From Sporopachydermia quercuum (Eukaryota), in assembly GCA_001599295.1 (NCBI GenBank), contig BCGN01000002.1, forward strand, positions 186,001 to 250,000: a DNA stretch of 64,000 nt, given 5' to 3'. Below are positions 43,905 through 53,293 of the stretch, in pieces. The notes below the pieces were generated by a model. That model worked only from the letters and a program-made list of their open reading frames with translations. It did no database searches and was not told the DNA's origin. Made by a program: the position numbers and the translations under genes. Numbering within the stretch: position 1 is the stretch's first letter; every line of letters begins with the position of its first letter.

Positions 43905-45332
43905 TTATAAATTTACCGTTTTCATTTCGTTTGCTTTAGCATTTCTGGTCCTTATATACAGCCTTGTTGTTTCACCTAAGCCAGCATTCATGTAACTTGA
44001 TGCCCATAATAAATCATCATTTAACATATTTTTCTCCTTTGCCTTGTTCGTAGATTTTTCATCCAATTTTTGTTGTAATAGTTCAGGAAATAGTCGAAAG
44101 TCCAGTACAACAGATTTTGGTAGTTTTCTCAATGTTAGATTCATGCATTTTTGTTTCAAATGGTTTCTGACGAGGTAAAACTTTCTGCCAAGAAGTGGAT
44201 TTCTTTTCAATAACTGTGAAAACAAGGTATCATCTTTAAATAGCTGTCTCCATTCTTGAACAAAAGGAAACTTCTTTGTTAACAGCGTCTTTTTGTTCGG
44301 TTGAATAACTGAAAAATCGGGATCAGCTTCAATGTATAATAAGTGTTTAATCTTCATCAGGCTTAATAACCCACTAGCTCCAACTTTCGTACATCCACCT
44401 AGAGAGATCATTTCAATAAATGGCCATTTACCACTATTACATACGGACAATGACCATGTTGATAAAATGTTATCGTCGATTGAAGAATTACCATAATGCC
44501 CAACGGAGCTATTGATCCCCATACCTGATGCTGGTGCTGTTAAATTAAGAATCATTAACGTATCCAGTTTTAGTAACGATAAAAGCTGAGCTCTAGTAAA
44601 CCTAACAGACATTCTGCTTAAATCCAGCATTACCAAATTACTGAATTTATATGAAGCTAACGTTGTGTTCAGTTCTCCAACGAACAAATCAATCGAATCA
44701 CCATGAAACAATGATTCAATTCGGTGTTTCTTCTTTCCTTGAACAAGATGTTTATAGAGAAATAACGATCTATCATCCAAGAATCTAGTTAAATATTCTT
44801 CTTCCAACATGGGATCTTCATAACTGTCTTGGTATAGCTGTGTGTGATGACATATGAAGTTTTTATTGTCACTGAATGTTGACGCAAATTTACAGAACGT
44901 AATGAAAGAATCCTCTCCTTTTTCTATTATATTTCGCCACAAATGTTTCCAACTGGACTCCCAGTTTGCATATTTTAAATGCTCAACAGATAACGAATCT
45001 ACTAACATTGCCAACGATTCCAGGCATATTGTTCTTAATGATTTGATTGGTGTTTGGTTTGGTTTGTTGCTGGAGGTATTGCTAGGTTGAAAATGGGAAT
45101 TGAACTCATGTTTCAGCTCCACCCAGTTATTTCTTTGCACTTTAACTACAATATCATTAACTAGAGCATCATTAAATGCTCCAACTGCAGTGCTTCTCTC
45201 ATCATGGCGGCCCAATGGGTGTTTCTCATCTTTCAGTCTCCATCTCAGCTTCTTCATCTGATGTCTGAAAGCAGCCCTGGCCAGACCGTTAGACCTTGTA
45301 CCACTAGTATTGCGTTTCCTCTTGAACGCCAT
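43905..45332 (-). CDS. Uncharacterised 475-aa protein with a BC-box-like motif and LRR-like segments
   Basis: Long ATG-initiated ORF; IKSLRTICLESL motif; LVMLDLS, LMILNLT, IEMISLGGCTKV and LLYIEA LRR-like strands. Confidence 0.7.
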   Translation of the reverse strand: MAFKRKRNTSGTRSNGLARAAFRHQMKKLRWRLKDEKHPLGRHDERSTAVGAFNDALVNDIVVKVQRNNWVELKHEFNSHFQPSNTSSNKPNQTPIKSLRTICLESLAMLVDSLSVEHLKYANWESSWKHLWRNIIEKGEDSFITFCKFASTFSDNKNFICHHTQLYQDSYEDPMLEEEYLTRFLDDRSLFLYKHLVQGKKKHRIESLFHGDSIDLFVGELNTTLASYKFSNLVMLDLSRMSVRFTRAQLLSLLKLDTLMILNLTAPASGMGINSSVGHYGNSSIDDNILSTWSLSVCNSGKWPFIEMISLGGCTKVGASGLLSLMKIKHLLYIEADPDFSVIQPNKKTLLTKKFPFVQEWRQLFKDDTLFSQLLKRNPLLGRKFYLVRNHLKQKCMNLTLRKLPKSVVLDFRLFPELLQQKLDEKSTNKAKEKNMLNDDLLWASSYMNAGLGETTRLYIRTRNAKANEMKTVNL

Positions 45333-45795
45333 TTTGAAATATAACGCGCTCTATTTTGCTCTCTTTCTTGAAGTTTTATAAATACATTTGATACAAAATA
45401 AATAGCTTACACATACCAAATAAATATATGAAACGCGAATATCACGTATATTTTCCTTTAAAAGAAAAAGGTAAGAAACTATCACGTGGAGTAAATTTCT
45501 CGTGTCCGTTGGATGAAATTTGTTAGGTATTCAGAACTACCCTCATATATTTCCAGCTCAGTGTAATCATCTTAACAAAACCTAACGTTCCCTTCCTAAC
45601 AAACATCTTACGAGTTTTTTTTCAATTCCAATTCCTATTTTACCCTTCTAACGATTTCCATCCAACAGCCAACATTCCATCTCTGGTCAATGGCCGACCC
45701 CTACTCATAATTCATTGTTCGGAGCTATTTGCAAATTGTATGTTTCATCATTCAATTGATAGTCATTATCTTTAAAAAGCTTACCCTCAGCTCAA

Positions 45796-47391
45796 ATGGG
45801 ACTCAATTCTTATCCAAAAGAACTCTCCCACTTGGTGGCTATCAAGCCATTCCATAAAACATGGGCTGGTACTTACTTCTGTTATCCAGAAGTATATCTT
45901 CAGCCGAGCAGTATTGAAGAGATTCGACTGATTGTCGATGAAGCTAGGAGGAATAGAAAAACAATTATGGTAGTTGGCTCTGGCCATTCTCCATCAGATC
46001 TTACCATGACCAAAGAATGGTTAGTGAATCTTGATAAATTCAATAAAGTAGTCTCAGTCACACCTGACCCTAATGGCACGGGATTATACACTGATGTTAA
46101 GTTAGAAGCAGGTATTCGTATTTATCAAATCAATGATTTTCTCAAAACCAAAGGTTTAGCGTTACAAAGCTTGGGATCAATCAGTGAACAATCAATTGGT
46201 GGAATCATCTCAACTGGTACTCATGGGTCAAGTGCTTACCATGGTTTGGTTTCACAGCAGGTTGTTGAGATCACAGCTGTTACAGGCCAAGGTGAATTAG
46301 TTACTTGTTCTCAGTATCAGAACCCTGAATATTTCCGTGGCTTGATGCTTTCTTTGGGCAAATTAGGTCTTATTGTTTATGTCACTGTCCGAACCGTTCC
46401 AAGATTCCAATTGGAATCTAACCAGGAAATCATCAGTTTTGATCGTTTATTGGACATTTGGAACACTGTATGGACATCTAGTGAGTTTATTCGTATTTGG
46501 TGGTTCCCTTATGCTAGGAGATGCGTTTTATGGAGGGCCAATAAATCTACTAAACCAATCTCTCCTCCTAGAAAAAGTTGGTATGGTACTTTCACTGGTA
46601 GATTATTCTATGAGTTTTTATTATTCTTATCTGTCCATATATATCCCAGATTGACTCCTACTATTGAGAAATTTATATTCTCTCGTCAATATGGTATGGA
46701 AGAAACATATAAAAAAGTGAAGAATGAAGCGGTACAGGAATCTGTCGAAGGTTTCAATATGGATTGTTTGTTTTCACAGTTTGTCAATGAGTGGGCTTGT
46801 CCTTTAGAAGATGGCATTGAAATATTGAGAGATTTGGAAGCTGAGATTTTCAAAGCTGTCCGTACTGGTGATTTCTTTGTCCATGCTCCAATTGAAGTCA
46901 GATGTTGTAATACAAGTGGTGATGATGTTCCAAGAGAGCCTAATTTACAAAGTAGAAACAATCTATCTCGTGGTGCAATTTTTGGTAATAACCTTAAGCC
47001 CTTGTTGGATTATTCTCCTATGATTGTCACAGAGAAAGCTGACTATTCTGTTGTCGATAACAGTGATCTCTCGTTGGTTATTAATGCTACTATGTATCGG
47101 CCATTTGGTACTAACTGTAAGATTGCCAAATGGTTTGAAACATTTGAGAGTATTATGAGAGAAAAGGATGGTAAGCCACACTGGGCTAAGAATTTCATTG
47201 GGGCATTCTCAACAGAAGACGCCGGTAAGAAAGCTGTGCATGACTATGATATGAAGGGTCTTCGTCCGTATATGCAAGACTGGTACGAAGATGATTTGGA
47301 TAGTTTCAAAGCATTGAGAAAGAAGTATGATCCTGATGATGTATTTCTCAGTGGAAAGGAATGGGCAGTGAGAAATGGATTAGTAGATTAA
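45796..47391 (+). CDS. ALO1: D-arabinono-1,4-lactone oxidase
   Basis: FAD-binding VGSGHSPSD, LGSISEQSIGGIISTGTHGS, HAPIEVRC and GKPHWAK motifs. Confidence 0.96.
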   Translation: MGLNSYPKELSHLVAIKPFHKTWAGTYFCYPEVYLQPSSIEEIRLIVDEARRNRKTIMVVGSGHSPSDLTMTKEWLVNLDKFNKVVSVTPDPNGTGLYTDVKLEAGIRIYQINDFLKTKGLALQSLGSISEQSIGGIISTGTHGSSAYHGLVSQQVVEITAVTGQGELVTCSQYQNPEYFRGLMLSLGKLGLIVYVTVRTVPRFQLESNQEIISFDRLLDIWNTVWTSSEFIRIWWFPYARRCVLWRANKSTKPISPPRKSWYGTFTGRLFYEFLLFLSVHIYPRLTPTIEKFIFSRQYGMEETYKKVKNEAVQESVEGFNMDCLFSQFVNEWACPLEDGIEILRDLEAEIFKAVRTGDFFVHAPIEVRCCNTSGDDVPREPNLQSRNNLSRGAIFGNNLKPLLDYSPMIVTEKADYSVVDNSDLSLVINATMYRPFGTNCKIAKWFETFESIMREKDGKPHWAKNFIGAFSTEDAGKKAVHDYDMKGLRPYMQDWYEDDLDSFKALRKKYDPDDVFLSGKEWAVRNGLVD

Positions 47392-48129
47392 ATTGTTAGA
47401 TATGAATGAAGTGTTAGAGTGGAAATATGAAGTATGGAGTATGGAGCATGTAAAATTGTGTATTAATTTCCACTTTCTGCTTTTACTTTCGCCACAGTTA
47501 TGCTTGTAAAGTTGCTATAACGAATTTTAGGTATCCTAATCATAATTCTGAGAATCTAGAATCAATGGGGTAGTATGAGAATCGTCATGGAATTAATATT
47601 AAATGGTCCTGTTGATTAGTTTGCATTGCTGCTGCAATATGCAACCTAATAATCCACTATACTTTGAATCATATTATTCTGCCAACAAACACTTATCATT
47701 CTTATCGCTGTATTGTCATTCTCCTCAACCTAACATTCCTAAATTAACACCTAACTCTTTAGTCCCATATCACATACCTACACTAAATACTCAATTCCCT
47801 ATGCTAATGCTAGTCGTAACGTAACGTAACCTAACATTCATATATATATTTCCCGTATCAGGGCCATTGCACATTTATGCTCCTGCATGACGAGATTCTA
47901 AGCAATTAATCAAACACTTTAATTCCTCTTTTACAACCTTTTTCCTCCTTTTTTAATTCCATTTCCATATTTTGCTTCTAAATTCATATGAACAGGCTCC
48001 ATTTCCTAACAGAAGACAATATTTTCATCAGATTGTTTTCCGCAAGCAAAAGAACCACTTCCATAATTGCTATCACGTATTGGCGTACTAGCACAAACTT
48101 ATTTATTCCCCATCAGCAATCTATTCGCA

Positions 48130-49056
48130 ATGCTTGAACTACTTGCCTATACTCCAAGAACCAGAGATACTATCTACATTCCAAGCTTTTTACTGATTTT
48201 TGGTGTCTATTTAGTAAGAAGTCAATGGACCATCTACGCTGTTCTCGCCGTGGTCTCTTTTCTCTCTGTGAAACTCATTCATTTCACTTACTTCAAAGTA
48301 AGACTAAACAATGATACTTTCACTAAGTTCACTTTGGCAGAAAAGGTCCCAGTAAGCCATGATACAAATATTTACAGATTTGAACTTGCTTCTGCTAATG
48401 ACATTTTCTCAATTCCTGTTGGGCATCATGTTGGTGTCAGAGCCGTGATTAACGGCAAGGAATACGTTAAATACTATACACCTTTATCACCATTTGAAAG
48501 AGGGTTCTTTGATATCATGGTTAAGACTTATTTCGAAACAGGAACAGTATCTAAGTATCTTTATGGTTTAAACGTTGGTGATGAAGTTGAATTCAAAGGT
48601 CCTGTTGGTAGATTATCATATTTAAGCAATCAAGCAAAAAAGTTAGGTATGATTGCAGGCGGTTCAGGAATTACACCTATTCTACAAACTCTGAAGTTTG
48701 TATTGTTGATTGACAACGAAGACAAGAGTGAAATCAGCTTGGTTTATGCTAATAAAACCGAAGATGATATTCTTTTAAAGGATGAATTAGATGAATTGCA
48801 GGAGAAGTTCCCAAACAGATTCTCTGTTCATTATGTGTTGGACAATCCTAAAGCTCCTGAGAAATGGGAAGGAGATGTTGGTTATGTTACTAAGGAGTTG
48901 ATTAAAAAGTATCTTCCTGGACCATCTCCTGATACTAAATTATTGATTTGTGGGCCCCCTGGTTTGAAGACATCTGTTGCACGTTATACTGAAGAGCTTG
49001 GCTTTGATAAGGCTACACCACCATCCCAACAGGATGATCAAGTATTCATTTTCTAA
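48130..49056 (+). CDS. NADH-cytochrome b5 reductase, AIM33/PGA3-like
   Basis: N-terminal hydrophobic segments, KYYTP, GMIAGGSGITP, ICGPPG; follows ALO1 as AIM33 does. First ATG at 48130. Confidence 0.88.
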   Translation: MLELLAYTPRTRDTIYIPSFLLIFGVYLVRSQWTIYAVLAVVSFLSVKLIHFTYFKVRLNNDTFTKFTLAEKVPVSHDTNIYRFELASANDIFSIPVGHHVGVRAVINGKEYVKYYTPLSPFERGFFDIMVKTYFETGTVSKYLYGLNVGDEVEFKGPVGRLSYLSNQAKKLGMIAGGSGITPILQTLKFVLLIDNEDKSEISLVYANKTEDDILLKDELDELQEKFPNRFSVHYVLDNPKAPEKWEGDVGYVTKELIKKYLPGPSPDTKLLICGPPGLKTSVARYTEELGFDKATPPSQQDDQVFIF

Positions 49057-50157
49057 GGTCTAAACCTAGGAAATATGAGGAAATGTGGGGAGAAAAACGG
49101 GAAATGAGGTTTTCCAGCCAAATGACATAATACTGGCACAACAGTGAGTCCAATGGCATGTCGTAAGTACATTTTCTAGTTGAATTGATACTTAAAAGCG
49201 ACATTCATTCAACGTTGAAACACTCTAAAATTCAATGCTGATAATAGAATGATAGAATATATATAGTTTGTGCTTATAAGACGCGTTTTATTGTTGATTT
49301 ATGTTGACTTTTTCCTGGTTTCTCACTTATTCCTGATTAGTAATTGAAAATGATAGCCAGGACTCTCCTACGAAAGTGCTGAAGATATCAGTCGATCCCT
49401 GATATGAGACAGTCTTGTAACATCCCCCTCAGTACTTCATACTTAATTCCCAATAGAAAATAGTAGAGAATACCAAGAGCTTAACTGCTATCATAATGAA
49501 CCACAAGTACCTTTTTAATAATCGAATCTTAATAACCATTTTGATTTCCTTCTCAACTCTACTTGGCTTGGCTCACTCTTAACGCGATAGTTCTTCTCTT
49601 TTCCCACTTCACGTCTCGTCTCGTTTCCACAGTGCGAAACAACCAAATTGTCATAAAAAGGATAAATCCCAGTAATAAATACCCAACAAAGGTTAATATA
49701 TGAATTCAACATCTCTCAATAAACTCTCTTGTAAATTCCGCTCTTGTACCTATCCTCCGCCACCTACCCCCTCCAACCCCTCTTATCTCAGCTGGTGTTG
49801 TCTCTAAAATTCCCCCAACACTTTGGGTCTCATTTCATTCAGTCTATATCATTGTACCCCTGAAATGGGACATGAGTTTTAGCTTTGCACTCATTGCATA
49901 AAAAGTATAAATTTCCAGCACGCCTCTCATTTCTTTTCCTTTACTGTTTTGACCTTATAAAAAAGCATCGGGAAGCTGCCATCGAGAAGTTATAGCACGT
50001 GGTGAGCATGAAAGAAACTGAAGTGAAGCTGTTTGTGGCATGTGAATGACGGGATTCAACTGTTTTGGGTAATAGAAGAAACCTTTTTTTGGTAAACAGT
50101 AGCGAACTACTGAATATGGCTATTGAATAACAAGTGGATATCCAAACGGCAACTGCT

Positions 50158-52980
50158 ATGGCAACAGGAGTAGCTGGAAAGCACAGGAACCTTGAGAATC
50201 TCGGAATCCCCGCAGTTTTGGAACCCCATCATGAACCCCGCCTTAGTATAAACGAGCTCCCCGATGAAACACTAAAACAGATCTTTACATACTTGGACGG
50301 TTATAATCTTGAAACCTGTGCCACAGTCTGTAGGAAATGGTACGAGCTTTTGTCCCATGACGAAGTATGGCATCAGATGTTTTTGCAGCAATTTAAGCCT
50401 CGTTTTTGGCAGAATTTTGGGCTGAAGACTGGGGGCTTTGAAGGATCCCCGCCAATGGAATTCGCCCCAGTGTCTAGAAGCCACACTTGGAGACGGGAAC
50501 TGTACGTCCGAGAGCGACTACTTCGGAAGTGGATCAAAGGTAAAACAGTTCGGTATCAGTACACTCTTCGGCATGGACCGATTGCTGATATAGAATGTAA
50601 CTTCCGAGCGAACACGGCTATAACGGTATCTCCGACTGGAATATTCCATAAGCTGCATTTACGAGTACGCAAATACGATGTGGAGGTACATACAATGAAT
50701 TGGGGAGTAATGCAGTGTTACAATATGAGTAAACATAATGGGGTACTAGTGGGATACACTGATGGACGAGTTGGTGTTTTATTTTCCCCGCTTTTCAACC
50801 TAGATTCGGAATGTGTTTTTATGCGGGGAGATCATCGCGGCGCCGGCATTAGTAGCTGTTTGATATATCCGAAGACCGGCCTTCGTGACGGAGTCAATGC
50901 TCTCACTGGGGATGCTGCGGGGTACATTCAAGGTTGGAATATGAAGACTCGGAAGCGGATATTCCGAAGCCGGGTAAGTTTACTGTCTATCGAGTGGATT
51001 GCATCCGATTTTCGGGGACGGATAGTCTGTTTAGACAAAAGCGGAAGGTTTTATACATGTAAGGAGTATCCTTATGGCGGAAAGAGTCCCGAAAAGACGT
51101 CGGAGTGGAATTCTAAAAGAAACTTGGAAATGGTTGAGCCGAGACCTGCGAACTTATCAGGAAACCAGCAAAATAATCTTCCAGGGAACAATAATAGTAA
51201 TAGTAGCAACGCAACCGGCACACGGGAACTCTCGGAAGATGAAGTAGAATGGAAGTTGTTGTTCGCATGTGATCCTCATATTCCGGAAGATTTCGGACTA
51301 AATCCCAATTCGGAAATCGATCCGAGCCTACCATATGAAAACATCCGACCAGATATTCGGCACGTGGACTTCGGAGCAGAAAACTTACTTATCTTCTCCG
51401 GAACTTCGGTGATAAAGTGTAACTTTAACGGAACAATTACCCATTTCAGAATCAAAGTTCCCGCGGATGTGCAGAGGAAATACTATGACAAAATAGGGTT
51501 TAATCTCCATTTCCCTGGCAGGGTTGGAGCGGGTAATGACATTATTTATATGGCAGAAATAGACGGAAGCTCGGCAAACAACTCCGACTTCGGAAACAGA
51601 AACGGAACCGCAAACGTGGGGTCAAATGGCGTTTTGGGTACAATTGTTATGATCTCCGGTTTGGTCATCGTATGGAATATTCGGCAAAACGATTACAGCA
51701 GGGTAATCACTCCACCTTTAAGCTCCAGCTCTAGTATTATCACTGAAATAAATCACAAACGATACATTCCAAATGAGGAAACTACCCCCATTTTCCCTCC
51801 ATATTCCTCTAGCCGTATTGGGACAAGCCTCGGAAGCACACCGGCTTCCGATGTCAATATCCAATCAATAATTATTCCTAGTTTCAATTATGCAACACCA
51901 TATAACGGCTCCCCTGCAGTCGCCTCAGTGAAAATGAACCCCCTCATTACTATTTGTTCGGCTTTGAACGGAAGCTCCATCGCTTACGACTCCCTAACCG
52001 GTACGCAAGTTAAAGTGTCAACAGCTCCGTTTTCAAAGCATTATCTACCGTACAGCCTTCCCCGTATTTCGGATAAGACATCTATCTCTTTGGATACACA
52101 GAACATAGATACCCCGCAAGGTCTAATTTGTACGGATAACGTCATACAGTTCTTCTCCATAGATAACGATAGAGGGGCAAAATGGAAGAACAACTTTCAA
52201 TACCGAAGGGAGTTAGGGCTTGTTGATGACGTAAACAGTAACAGTAGTAAAGAGAAAGAAAGTTTGAAGCGGGACATTCAAACAGATCTGGAATTGCTAG
52301 AAGAGGAGAAAGAGAAAGCTGGAAAATTGGATCGGATCGTGGAGAAGTTTAATGGTGTCTCGTTGGAAGAGTTGACGGATGAAGAGCGGTTAGATTATGT
52401 ATTAAGTATCAGTAAAGAGGCGCACGATGAGGCAAAGAAAGAGGGGTATTTCGGCAGTGAAGTAGAAGAGGATTTAAAGTTAGCTATAGAATTGTCACTT
52501 AAGGAAAAAGGTAAACAACGGCAAGATTTTAAAACTGGAGATGTAACCCAGGAAATCGACCCCGAATTACAAATGGCAATTGAAATGTCTAAATGGAATG
52601 ATCAACAAAATTGGGAAGTTACTATGGATTTAGAATCTTCAAGCTCCTCAAACTGGGGAGTGATTTCCGAATCGGATTTAAACTCGCCCGATTTGGGGTC
52701 TGCGATTGACAGTTCCGAATCTGGCCATGAAATGCTAGAACTAAGTCATTCCGAAACAAAGTTAAACTCATTGCACGATTTCATTGTCCAGAAAAGAAAA
52801 AGTGGAAAGCAAAGAATGTCTGATAAGGTATCTTCAAGGCGAGGTTCAAGCGGGGCAGCTAATAGTACTTCGAGCATTACCGGAGTAAGCGCCTCGACCG
52901 CAGCTTCGCCATCTGCCCTCAATGAGCAATTTGATGAAGAATTAGAAAAAGCATTGAAACTTTCGTTAATTGAGATGTGA
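50158..52980 (+). CDS. UFO1: F-box / WD40-like / UIM protein, Ufo1-like
   Basis: F-box LPDETLKQIFTYL...VCRKW; four UIM-like repeats (e.g. EEDLKLAIELSL, DEELEKALKLSL); synteny with ALO1/AIM33. First ATG at 50158. Confidence 0.8.
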   Translation: MATGVAGKHRNLENLGIPAVLEPHHEPRLSINELPDETLKQIFTYLDGYNLETCATVCRKWYELLSHDEVWHQMFLQQFKPRFWQNFGLKTGGFEGSPPMEFAPVSRSHTWRRELYVRERLLRKWIKGKTVRYQYTLRHGPIADIECNFRANTAITVSPTGIFHKLHLRVRKYDVEVHTMNWGVMQCYNMSKHNGVLVGYTDGRVGVLFSPLFNLDSECVFMRGDHRGAGISSCLIYPKTGLRDGVNALTGDAAGYIQGWNMKTRKRIFRSRVSLLSIEWIASDFRGRIVCLDKSGRFYTCKEYPYGGKSPEKTSEWNSKRNLEMVEPRPANLSGNQQNNLPGNNNSNSSNATGTRELSEDEVEWKLLFACDPHIPEDFGLNPNSEIDPSLPYENIRPDIRHVDFGAENLLIFSGTSVIKCNFNGTITHFRIKVPADVQRKYYDKIGFNLHFPGRVGAGNDIIYMAEIDGSSANNSDFGNRNGTANVGSNGVLGTIVMISGLVIVWNIRQNDYSRVITPPLSSSSSIITEINHKRYIPNEETTPIFPPYSSSRIGTSLGSTPASDVNIQSIIIPSFNYATPYNGSPAVASVKMNPLITICSALNGSSIAYDSLTGTQVKVSTAPFSKHYLPYSLPRISDKTSISLDTQNIDTPQGLICTDNVIQFFSIDNDRGAKWKNNFQYRRELGLVDDVNSNSSKEKESLKRDIQTDLELLEEEKEKAGKLDRIVEKFNGVSLEELTDEERLDYVLSISKEAHDEAKKEGYFGSEVEEDLKLAIELSLKEKGKQRQDFKTGDVTQEIDPELQMAIEMSKWNDQQNWEVTMDLESSSSSNWGVISESDLNSPDLGSAIDSSESGHEMLELSHSETKLNSLHDFIVQKRKSGKQRMSDKVSSRRGSSGAANSTSSITGVSASTAASPSALNEQFDEELEKALKLSLIEM

Positions 52981-53293
52981 AAAGTGTGGGTGTGTGGGTT
53001 CAGGAAAGAACTTGAAGCGAAGAAACGGGACGAAAAGTGTTCCGTGCATCAGTTATTATGGAAACCCAATTGCGGAAGTAATGATCCTAAAACAACGATA
53101 CTACAATCAACAATTTATATCTTTTCCGTAATTCAAATAGATAATTCATCAGAAGAATGAATTTTCTTTACTATAAACAAAAACTAACAAAAAATTGTGA
53201 CCAATTTGGGTCAACTCTTGAGAATTATCGTGACATTGTGTCATATTACACAGAGAGCATTTCGTTCTATTTGAAGTGACCCCCCTATCGCCG

